From positions 62,864 through 126,863 of the forward strand of contig LNEO01000143.1 in NCBI GenBank assembly GCA_001465015.1: 64,000 nucleotides of DNA, read 5' to 3'. Each line of letters opens with the position of its first letter. Within the stretch, counting starts at the first letter, position 1. This DNA comes from Deltaproteobacteria bacterium Ga0077539 (lineage in GTDB: Bacteria > Myxococcota_A > Polyangia > Polyangiales > Ga0077539). The translations under genes and the position numbers were made by a program. Below the pieces are notes generated by a model, which ran no database searches, was not told the DNA's origin, and saw only the letters and a list, made by a program, of their open reading frames with translations. This document shows, piece by piece, positions 17,511-26,063 of the stretch.

Positions 17511-20333
17511 ATGACGATCGAGCTCTCGAAGGGATACGACCCCACCGACGTGGAGCCCCGCTGGTACGCGGAGTGGATCCGCGCCGGCCACTTCAACGCC
17601 GAGGACACGGGCGACGCTTCCAACGCGTACTGCATCGCGATCCCGCCGCCCAACGTCACCGGCTCGCTCCACATGGGGCACGCGCTGTTCTCGACGATTC
17701 AGGACGCGCTCATTCGAACCGCCCGAATGCGAGGCTTCAACACGCTGTGGCAGCCAGGCGTCGACCACGCCGGCATCGCGACGGAGGTCGTGGTGTCACG
17801 GTTGCTGGCGACCGAAGGAACGTCTCGCAAAGAGCTCGGGCGCGAGCGCTTTCTTCAGCGCGTCTGGCAGTGGAGGGAGCAGTCCGGCGGTCGCATCACC
17901 GAGCAGCTGCGGACGATGGGCGCCTCGCCCGACTGGAAGCGCGAGCGCTTCACGATGGACGAGCAGTGCTCGCGCGCGGTGCGCGAAGCCTTCGTGCGGC
18001 TGCACGAGGAGGGGCTCATCTACCGCGGCGAGCGTCTGGTGAACTGGAGCGTAAAGGCGCAAACGGTGATCTCGGACCTCGAGGTCGAGCGCGCGGAGGA
18101 AGACGGCGAGCTGTTCTCCTTCGCCTATCCGTTCGCTGACGGGTCGGGAGAGATCGTGGTGGCGACGACGCGGCCCGAGACGATCCTCGGCGACACGGCG
18201 GTCGCGGTGCACCCCGACGATCCTCGATACAAGGACGCCATCGGAAAGCAGCTGAAATGCCCCTTCCACGATCGCACGATCCCCGTGATCGCCGACAGCG
18301 TGCTGGTGGACATGGCCTTCGGCACCGGCGCGGTGAAGGTCACTCCCGCACACGATTTCAACGACTACGAGACGGGCAGGCGACACTCCCTGCCCTTCAT
18401 CAACATCCTCGAGCTCGACGGGACGCTCAACGCGCAGTGCGCGCAGTTCGCTGGCAAAGACCGCTTCGACGCGCGCCGGGCCGTCAAGAAGGCGCTCGAC
18501 GCGATGGGCCTCGCGCGCGGCGCCAAGCAGCACCGACTCTCGATCGCGCGCGAGGCGCGCACGGCGGACGTGCTCGAGCCGATGCTCTTGCCGCAGTGGT
18601 ACGTGCACGCCAAGCCGCTGGCGGACAAGGCGCTGGCGGCCGTGCGCGAGGGCAAGACCACGATCGAGCCCGTCGAGTGGGTGAAGACCTGGGAGCACTG
18701 GCTCACCAATATTCAAGACTGGTGCATCTCGAGGCAGCTCTGGTGGGGCCACCAGATCCCCGCGTGGTACTGCGACGCGTGCAAAGAGATCACGGTCGCG
18801 CGCGAGGAGCCTGGGCGCTGCAGCAAGTGCGGGCACACGTCGCTCACGCAAGAGAGCGACGTCCTGGACACGTGGTTTTCGAGCGCGCTATGGCCGTTCA
18901 GCACGCTGGGTTGGCCGGACAAGACCAAGGCGCTCGAGACCTTCTATCCGACGAGCGTGATGGAGACGGGCCACGACATCCTCTTCTTCTGGGTGGCCCG
19001 CATGATGATGTTCGGCGTGCACTTCATGGGCGATGTCCCGTTCAAGCGAGTGCTCTTGCACGGAATGGTGCAGGACGAGCGCGGTGATAAGATGTCCAAA
19101 GTGAAGGGCAATGTGATCGACCCCCTTCACTTGATTCATGGTGCGTCACTCGACACCGTTGTCGAGGCGGCGAGCCAGAAGGGGACCTCGAAGGAAGACG
19201 CGCTGAAGAAATTCAAGCTGTGCTATCCGAGCTACGCCGAGCGTGGCGAAGGGTTCGCGGCGTTCGGCGCGGACGCGGTGCGGTTCTACCTCGCCACGAA
19301 TCCGCCGCAGGCGAAGTCGATCAAGCTTCAGCTTCGACAGGTCGAGCGCGCCCGCAATTTCGCGAACAAGCTGTGGAACGCGACGCGCTTCGCCCTCCCC
19401 TACCTCGAGCCCCTCTTTGCGGACGGCGCTGATGGGTCCATGCCCAGCGTGGCCGAAATGTCGCCGGCTGATCGATGGATCGTGTCGCGGCTCTCGGCCG
19501 CAGCGGGCGAAGTGAACAGCGGGCTCGACGAGTTTCGCTTGGACGAGTGCACGACGGCGGCGCGAAGGTTCTTCTGGGACGAGCTGTGCGATTGGTACCT
19601 CGAGCTCACCAAGCCTGTGTTCAATGGCGAGGACGAGCGGGCGAAGTCGATCACGCGTCGAGTGCTGGCGCGGTGCCTCGAGGCGTCGTTCAGGCTCTTG
19701 CACCCGTTCATGCCGTTTGTGACCGAAGAGCTTTGGCAGAAGCTCCCGGCGTCGGTGCGCTCGCCTCGCGCCAACGGCACCGAGGCACCGCACTTGTGCG
19801 TGGCCAAATTCCCAGTGGCCGGTGATTTCGCTGGGGACCTTGAGTCCGAGCGGCCGCTCGTGTTCTTGCAGGGCGTGATCTCCGCGGCGCGAAACATCCG
19901 TGGTGAGCTCGGAATCAAGCAGAAGGACGCCATCGCGCTTCGTATTCGCGGCGCGAACGAGGCGCAGCGGACGCTGCTCGCGCAGTACGACGCTCAAGTG
20001 CGGTGGCTCACCATCGCGAGCGGCGTCACCGTCGAAGAGCCCGGACCGCGGCCGAAGGGCGTGGGCTACGCGGTCGTGGAGGGGGTCGAGGTGATCGTTC
20101 CGCTGGCGGGGTTGATCGACCCCAAGGCCGAGCAGGCGAGGCTCGAAAAGGAGATCGCGAAGGGCAAAAAGGACCTCGAAAAGGTGAACAAGCAGCTCAC
20201 GAATGAGAATTTCGTCTCTCGCGCCGCAGCCGAGGCCGTGCAAGCCGCGCGCGAGGAGGCCTCGACCCTCACCTCGCGGCTGGCCAAGCTCGAAGCTGCG
20301 GTCGCGGTGGTTCGAGAGGCCGAATCAGGCTGA
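17511..20333 (+). CDS. valS: Valine-tRNA ligase
   Basis: PPPNVTGSLHMGH, DWCISRQLWWGH, DVLDTWFSS, KMSKVKGN, C-terminal coiled coil. Confidence 0.98.
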   Translation: MTIELSKGYDPTDVEPRWYAEWIRAGHFNAEDTGDASNAYCIAIPPPNVTGSLHMGHALFSTIQDALIRTARMRGFNTLWQPGVDHAGIATEVVVSRLLATEGTSRKELGRERFLQRVWQWREQSGGRITEQLRTMGASPDWKRERFTMDEQCSRAVREAFVRLHEEGLIYRGERLVNWSVKAQTVISDLEVERAEEDGELFSFAYPFADGSGEIVVATTRPETILGDTAVAVHPDDPRYKDAIGKQLKCPFHDRTIPVIADSVLVDMAFGTGAVKVTPAHDFNDYETGRRHSLPFINILELDGTLNAQCAQFAGKDRFDARRAVKKALDAMGLARGAKQHRLSIAREARTADVLEPMLLPQWYVHAKPLADKALAAVREGKTTIEPVEWVKTWEHWLTNIQDWCISRQLWWGHQIPAWYCDACKEITVAREEPGRCSKCGHTSLTQESDVLDTWFSSALWPFSTLGWPDKTKALETFYPTSVMETGHDILFFWVARMMMFGVHFMGDVPFKRVLLHGMVQDERGDKMSKVKGNVIDPLHLIHGASLDTVVEAASQKGTSKEDALKKFKLCYPSYAERGEGFAAFGADAVRFYLATNPPQAKSIKLQLRQVERARNFANKLWNATRFALPYLEPLFADGADGSMPSVAEMSPADRWIVSRLSAAAGEVNSGLDEFRLDECTTAARRFFWDELCDWYLELTKPVFNGEDERAKSITRRVLARCLEASFRLLHPFMPFVTEELWQKLPASVRSPRANGTEAPHLCVAKFPVAGDFAGDLESERPLVFLQGVISAARNIRGELGIKQKDAIALRIRGANEAQRTLLAQYDAQVRWLTIASGVTVEEPGPRPKGVGYAVVEGVEVIVPLAGLIDPKAEQARLEKEIAKGKKDLEKVNKQLTNENFVSRAAAEAVQAAREEASTLTSRLAKLEAAVAVVREAESG

Positions 20334-20445
20334 TCCGCCAGCGTTGACGCGGGGCGACAGCGGTCTGGTCGCCGTCGCTCGGAGCAAACCGGCGCTGACA
20401 ATGGGGAGAGACTCCGCCGTCCGTCGCGTACTATGCGAGAACTCC

Positions 20446-20976
20446 ATGCGTTCGATCCGATCGCTCACGATGACCGCTCTCGGGATGTGCTCCGCGCTCG
20501 CGGCGTGCGAACCCAGCTTGATGGGCGACTGGAACCAACGCTCCCCACAACAAAGCGGTCAGAGCAGCGGAAACAACACGTGGAACTCGCCGCGCTGGGC
20601 GTCGAACAATCCACAGCCGCCGCAGACGCCGGCGCAGACGCCGCCTACCAGACCGCAGACCAACACGGCGGGCAGCGTTCAGCAGGCCGCTCCGTGGGGC
20701 GGCGGCGCGCAAAACCCGGCCAACCCCGCTGCAGGCCAGGGCGCGAATCCCGCCGTCACTCAAGCGAACGCGCAGCCGCAAGTAATCAACGGAGGTCCAG
20801 CTCCGGTGTGTGAAGACACCCAGCCGCGCGCGTTGGCGATGCCCGGCGAGAGCTGCGCCCGCCCCTGTCGCGCGACCTGGCAGCGATGCTTCGATGGCTG
20901 CAGCGCGGGGCAGGACCGCGCCTGTGTCGCGCAGTGTGACGACACGTTTCGCGAGTGCATGCGCGGCTGCTACTGA
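20446..20976 (+). CDS. Lipoprotein with Q/P/N-rich linker and Cys-rich helical C-terminus
   Basis: Lipobox LAAC; C-terminal Cx3Cx6Cx3Cx7Cx3Cx6Cx3C. Confidence 0.7.
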   Translation: MRSIRSLTMTALGMCSALAACEPSLMGDWNQRSPQQSGQSSGNNTWNSPRWASNNPQPPQTPAQTPPTRPQTNTAGSVQQAAPWGGGAQNPANPAAGQGANPAVTQANAQPQVINGGPAPVCEDTQPRALAMPGESCARPCRATWQRCFDGCSAGQDRACVAQCDDTFRECMRGCY

Positions 20977-20997
20977 GCGTCGCCGCTCATCGCCCGA

Positions 20998-22896
20998 TCA
21001 GCCGCGGAGCGCGTCGAACAGGTCGTGATCGATGTACGGAATCGCGACGCGCGCATGGCGAACACCGACGCCGTGTTCGTCCATCCAGCGCGCCAGGAGC
21101 TGACCGTCGATCAGCGTAACCGTGGCGGCTTCGGGGGCGTTCGCCTCTTCGCGCGCTCCTGAGAGCACGCTGCCCGTTGTGACGATCCACGCAGCGCGCG
21201 CGTGGTTGAAGTGGTGCATCGAGCCTCGCAGCTCGATCACGCGCTCGCGGCCGATCTCTCCGCCGCGCTTGAGCAGGACCGCCGCGGGCATCTCTTCGCC
21301 AGCCACTCGCGCGGTGCCCGTGACGAACAGCTCTCCCTGATTGGCGCCGGCGCGGCGAATCGAACGAAGGTTCGACAGGCCCACGCGCTCGAGCGTCAGC
21401 GCGATGAGCTCGACGAACGCCGACTGCGGAAGCTCGTTGAGCTTTCGAACGAGCTGCCTTCGCGCTGCGTCTCGAACGCGCTCGAGCGCGACGAGCGCGT
21501 CGTCTTCAGCGCGACCGAGCTCGCCGCCGAGCGACCACTCGACGAGCGAGACGCGCGATCCCTGCACGCGCAGCCGCGCTCGCTCGCCCCGACCCTCGCG
21601 TCGCGCCGTGTCCGCGCGGGCGGAGGCTGCGAGCGATGCTGCCAGCACGTTGGGGTCGCCCGCGAGTCGACCAGCGCGAATCGCGTCGTCGACCAGCGCT
21701 CGAAACGGAACCGCCGCTCTCTCTTCCCGTCGCTGCAGCAGCGACACGACGAGGTCTGCGGCGTCTCTTCCCGCTTCGATCGTGGTGTCTTCGGTCGGCG
21801 GACGCTCGGCGCGATCACCGCGATCGCGGTCACGATCACGGTCACGATCACCGCGACGCTCGCCACGGTCTCCGCGTTCACCACGATCTGCGCGACGCTC
21901 GCCGCCGCGATCGGCGCGATCTGCGCTGCGCTCGCCGCGCTCGCCACCGCGCTCTGCGCCACGCTCACCGCCGCGCTCGCCACTGCGCTCTCCGCCACGG
22001 TCGCCACCACGGTCACCGCCACGGTCACCGCCACGGTCGCCGCCACGGTCGCCGCCACGGTCGCCGCCACGGTCGCCGCCACGGTCGCCGCCACGGTCGC
22101 CGCGGTCTGCGCGATCGGCGCCGCGCTCGGGGCGGTCGCGTCGTGCTTCGCGTGGCTCGCGAGGCTCTGCGCCCTCGGCGGGCTCTTCGCCAGACTCGCG
22201 AGGCTCTGCGCCCTCGGCGTTGTCGTCCCGCTCTGCGCCTTCGTCCAACGCGCCGCGCTCACCGCGCTCTTCGCCGTCGCCGGCCTCTGCTCGCAGCTCG
22301 GGCTCGCTGTCGGATTCTTCGTCGCCCTCGACGAAGTCGCCTTCGGCTCCCGCTGCGCCCTCGGGCCGATCGCCGCCGCGACGGCGACGACGACGACGAC
22401 GACGACCTCCGCGACTGGCATCGCCTCCGGCGTCTGCGGAAGCAGCGACAACCGCGGGGGCTGGCTTCGGCGGCGGCTCGGCGAGCACCGGAAGATCGTC
22501 GTCGTCTTCGGCCGCGAAAATCGTTTGCGCGATCGTGAGCAGGTCCTCGCGCTCGCGCTCTTCGGCGGAGGGAGGAGGCATCTCTTCGCGCTCGACCTCT
22601 TCTTCGGCGCCCTCGGGAAGCACGGGCTCTTCGGTCTCTTCGACGTCAGCGGCAGCGGCCACGGCGGCCTCGCCCCACACGCGCAGGGCGAAGACGCCGG
22701 GCTTCACGCGGACGATGGGGGTGTCGTTTCGGTCCCGCTTGATCATCGTGGTGAGCCGGGTCGACATCGTGATCTCCGGCGTCTTGCCCACGTGCGACAG
22801 CAGGTTCTGCTCGATTGCGAGCTGAGTAATCTTCTTGAAGTGCAGGGGCTTGCCGACCTGGCGAAGCACGACTTCAGCAGCTTCGGTGAACGTCAT
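20998..22896 (-). CDS. HARE-HTH domain, long disordered region, C-terminal Mrr-like restriction-endonuclease fold
   Basis: MTFTEAAEVVLRQVGKPLHFKKIT...GKTPEITMSTRL...GVFAL; C-terminus AFVELIALTL...IGRERVIELRGSM...WIVTTG...LIDGQLLA. Confidence 0.75.
   Translation of the reverse strand: MTFTEAAEVVLRQVGKPLHFKKITQLAIEQNLLSHVGKTPEITMSTRLTTMIKRDRNDTPIVRVKPGVFALRVWGEAAVAAAADVEETEEPVLPEGAEEEVEREEMPPPSAEEREREDLLTIAQTIFAAEDDDDLPVLAEPPPKPAPAVVAASADAGGDASRGGRRRRRRRRRGGDRPEGAAGAEGDFVEGDEESDSEPELRAEAGDGEERGERGALDEGAERDDNAEGAEPRESGEEPAEGAEPREPREARRDRPERGADRADRGDRGGDRGGDRGGDRGGDRGGDRGGDRGGDRGGDRGGERSGERGGERGAERGGERGERSADRADRGGERRADRGERGDRGERRGDRDRDRDRDRGDRAERPPTEDTTIEAGRDAADLVVSLLQRREERAAVPFRALVDDAIRAGRLAGDPNVLAASLAASARADTARREGRGERARLRVQGSRVSLVEWSLGGELGRAEDDALVALERVRDAARRQLVRKLNELPQSAFVELIALTLERVGLSNLRSIRRAGANQGELFVTGTARVAGEEMPAAVLLKRGGEIGRERVIELRGSMHHFNHARAAWIVTTGSVLSGAREEANAPEAATVTLIDGQLLARWMDEHGVGVRHARVAIPYIDHDLFDALRG
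21992..22101 (-). repeat. Intragenic 12-bp tandem repeat, about 9 copies, encoding (DRGG)n
   Basis: CCGCCACGGTCG/A units on the + strand. Confidence 0.9.
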
Positions 22897-23251
22897 GAAT
22901 GAATGGTTGGTCCTTTCGGGGCGCTCGACGGCAGCGATGCTCGGGCTTCGGATCCCCTTCGAAGCCCCTTCGCGCGCACGGGATGGACGCGAAGGGCAGC
23001 GACGGCGGGGTGAGCGAACGAGGTCGCAGACTGAAGAGCTTCTTTGCGAACGAGGCCTGCGGCCCAAGGCGCGCTTGCGCGTCGAGGACGACTGGCGGGC
23101 GAACCGTACACGGGCGAGGTTCGACACAGCAAGGCAGCGTTTTGCTCGGGAACAACCGGGGCAATTCGAAGGTTGCCGCGGAATGTGGTTGCGCAGACGC
23201 TCGCCAGCGCGCCGGCAACTGCGGTAATCCACTGGCGCATCCGGGAGATCC

Positions 23252-23911
23252 ATGGCGAAGAGCGCGAAGAACAAGACGGACGAACGCGACGAAGACGAGC
23301 GCGACGAAGACGAGGGTTCCAAAGGGCGTCCGGCGCCAGATTCACCGGAGGAGCTCGCGCGCGTTCGAAAGCGCAACACCGCGATCGCGTCGGTGTTTGT
23401 CGCGATCACCTCCGCGTCGATCGGCTTCGTCGCGTGGCATCGACCACGCGACCCCGGACGCGTGTGGTTCAAGAGCGTCGAGACGCGGCACGAACAGCGG
23501 ATCACGGCGAAGCTGACGACGTGCTTCGGCGGCGCGAGCGCCGCGCAGATTCGCACGAACGTCGCGGGCATTCGCCGCGGCACGTTGCCGGACTCGATCA
23601 AGAACTGTCGCGGCGCTTCGCTCACGGAGCTGATGGCGCTTCCGCTGGCGGTCGCGGCGGACCTCGGCGTTCCGCCGGGCTATGCCGAGAACGGAAAGCG
23701 CCGCGCCTGGGACGCCTACGGACGCCTGCAAGTGTCGCTTCGGGCCTACGAGCGCGCGTTGAACGCGGTTCCCGAGGGCGCCGCGGTGCCCGAGAGCGCG
23801 CGCGACGCGCTCGCGAGCGCGATCGACGACGTGGCGTCCGACGCCGAGTCCGCGAAGAACGCGATCATCGATCTACGCAACGTCGTCGAGGACAACGCGA
23901 GCTGGTACTGA
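23252..23911 (+). CDS. Hypothetical single-pass membrane protein
   Basis: GGAGA upstream, charged N-terminus, TM IASVFVAITSASIGFVAW, GC3-rich codons. Confidence 0.7.
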   Translation: MAKSAKNKTDERDEDERDEDEGSKGRPAPDSPEELARVRKRNTAIASVFVAITSASIGFVAWHRPRDPGRVWFKSVETRHEQRITAKLTTCFGGASAAQIRTNVAGIRRGTLPDSIKNCRGASLTELMALPLAVAADLGVPPGYAENGKRRAWDAYGRLQVSLRAYERALNAVPEGAAVPESARDALASAIDDVASDAESAKNAIIDLRNVVEDNASWY

Positions 23912-23920
23912 GCGTTTCGC

Positions 23921-25150
23921 TCAGGGCTTCGCGGGAAGGGCCTTGTCGAGCGCGTCGGACGAGATGGTGGTGAGCAGCGACTCGCGGTTTTTCGCGACGG
24001 TCGCGTCGAGCAGCGCCACGGCGTCGCCGCGTCGGTCATAGAGCCTTCGAAACGGACGCGCGCGGTCTTGCTTGGACAGCAGCGCGTACGTGACCCAGGG
24101 AAACACCGCGGTTACGTCGGCGTGGCAGTAGACCGAACGAGCGACGCCTTCGGGCGACACCTTGCCCCAGGTGTGTCCCTCCGATGCTGGGCACGACGAG
24201 AGCGCGCCGTTGTCCACTGGATCGACGCAGAACTGCACGTCGATGTCGAAGCCGTCCGTCTCGACCTCGAGGATCTGCGAGAGCAGCGGCTCGCCCTGCA
24301 ACGTGTAGTTCTTGGGGACGCCGCCGCCGAGGATGAAGATCGCCATCTTCTTCTCGAGGCCGTGGAGGCAGAAATTCTGCATCGCGCTCATCTCGTACAC
24401 GTCGTCGTTGACGTCGATCTCGAGCTTGAACGTCTCGGGGAAGAGTCGCTTGAGCTTCACGATGTTCAAGAAGATCGAGCCGTCTTGCACAGCGCCGACG
24501 AAGATCGGAACCCCGCGCTTGTACGCCGTCGCCAACAGCGACGGGCGCTTGACGCCCAGGGCGTCTTCGATGCGCGCGATGTACATCCCGAGCAAGTAGT
24601 GCAGCTCGGGCGTCGTCATGCGCTTCTGAAACTCGGGCTGCAGCAGGATCGCGCTGAACAGCTTGTCGGTCTCGAGCAGCGTCTCTTCCCAGAACCCCAG
24701 GTCGTAGATGCGAATGATGCGCGCGAGGCGCAGCGCGAGGTCGCCCGCGTTGGGATCGATCTCGCGGATGCGATGCCCGATGATTCGGTGGGCGTCGTGA
24801 TAGAGGTTGGCGCCCGTCGTCGTGATGCAGTCGATCAGACCGCGCTCGATCAGCGGGATCAGGCAGCTCTGGTGCAGACCCGCCGGCGTCATGGCGCCAG
24901 AAAACGTCAAGAACGTGGCGTAATCCTGGTCGACCGCGCGAGCCATCAGCTCGAACGCGGTTCGCTCCTGCCTTCCCACAAACGCGGGAAACCGATCGCG
25001 AAAGATCTCCTCCGGCGACTCGCGTCCCGTGATCCCGAAGGGCTCGACGTCCCGCGCGAGGTCGAAGTCCTTGCGCATCTCCTCGGTGCTCGCCTCGTCC
25101 TGAGGCTCGTCTTGGGTTTCGTTTTCGGCGCTCTTGGGTCCGTCACTCAT
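23921..25150 (-). CDS. Deoxyhypusine synthase-like protein (probable homospermidine synthase)
   Basis: SGAMTPAG, TTGANLYHD, DGSI, LGGGVPKN, GALSSC, EGHTWGKV (catalytic Lys position). Confidence 0.88.
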   Translation of the reverse strand: MSDGPKSAENETQDEPQDEASTEEMRKDFDLARDVEPFGITGRESPEEIFRDRFPAFVGRQERTAFELMARAVDQDYATFLTFSGAMTPAGLHQSCLIPLIERGLIDCITTTGANLYHDAHRIIGHRIREIDPNAGDLALRLARIIRIYDLGFWEETLLETDKLFSAILLQPEFQKRMTTPELHYLLGMYIARIEDALGVKRPSLLATAYKRGVPIFVGAVQDGSIFLNIVKLKRLFPETFKLEIDVNDDVYEMSAMQNFCLHGLEKKMAIFILGGGVPKNYTLQGEPLLSQILEVETDGFDIDVQFCVDPVDNGALSSCPASEGHTWGKVSPEGVARSVYCHADVTAVFPWVTYALLSKQDRARPFRRLYDRRGDAVALLDATVAKNRESLLTTISSDALDKALPAKP

Positions 25151-25262
25151 GGCGCTGGGATCTCTACCAGAGTCCGCGCTGCGCTGTCGAAAGACCATCG
25201 AACCTCCGCGCCATCGTTGCCCGTCGCGATGGTGCGGCAGATCGAGTAGCGTCCGTCGAGCG

Positions 25263-26063
25263 ATGAGCGTTCGATCGATGATTCCTGCGCCGCCAGGGTT
25301 TCGAGGCTGTTTCGGGCACCGCGGAGCGGCCGGGATTTTCCCTGAGAACACGCTCGAGGGCTTCGCGCTGGCCGCGCGGATCGGCGTGGATGTCGTCGAG
25401 ACCGACGCCCACATTACGCGCGACGGACGCGTCGTGCTCATCCACGACCCCACTGTGGATCGGACGACCGACGGCGTCGGCGAGGTCGCCGCGATGACCT
25501 TCGCAGAGCTGCAAGCGCTCGACGCCGGGGCGCGATTCGTCGACCGCCACGGCTCGACGCCGTTCGCTGGGCGCGGATTGCGCGTCCCCGCGCTCGACGA
25601 AGTGCTCGCTGCGTTGCCGAACACGCGGTTCAACATCGAGCTCAAGAGCGACGTCGATGGCGCGCCTGAAATTCTCGCGGCGACGCTCGACCGCGGCCGT
25701 GCGCAGGGACGCATCTTGCTCGCGTCCGAAGGGGGAGATCGAATGATCGCGCTGCGACGCGCGGTTCCTTGGGCGCCGACGAGCTTCAGCGCGCCGGAGG
25801 TCTTCGGGTTCATCTCGGGGCTGCACGAGGACGCCTACGAGCCGCCCCCGGCGTGCGCGCTGCAGGTCCCGGACGTCTTCGACTCGTTCGAGGTCGTCAC
25901 AGAGCGCTTCGTGGCTCGGGCAAGAGAGCTCGATATCGCGGTCCACGTGTGGACGATCAACGATCCGGCGCAGTCGGCGCGGCTGCTCGAGATGGGATGC
26001 GATGGGTTGATTACTGATCACCCCGAGCGGTGGGCAGCGGTGCAACGACGATCGCGCCCGTGA
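25263..26063 (+). CDS. Glycerophosphodiester phosphodiesterase
   Basis: GHRGA, PENTL, ETDAHITRDG, IHD, NIELK, VWTIND, GLITDHP. Confidence 0.93.
   Translation: MSVRSMIPAPPGFRGCFGHRGAAGIFPENTLEGFALAARIGVDVVETDAHITRDGRVVLIHDPTVDRTTDGVGEVAAMTFAELQALDAGARFVDRHGSTPFAGRGLRVPALDEVLAALPNTRFNIELKSDVDGAPEILAATLDRGRAQGRILLASEGGDRMIALRRAVPWAPTSFSAPEVFGFISGLHEDAYEPPPACALQVPDVFDSFEVVTERFVARARELDIAVHVWTINDPAQSARLLEMGCDGLITDHPERWAAVQRRSRP

Noticed and set aside
21992..22101. Regular repeats resembling a CRISPR array
   Set aside because: 12-bp in-frame coding repeats without spacers; no cas genes.
21202..22902. Long antisense and alternative-frame ORFs here and across the window (e.g. 26731-29148, 58201-60099)
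   Set aside because: Shadow ORFs expected at high GC, overlapping well-supported genes.
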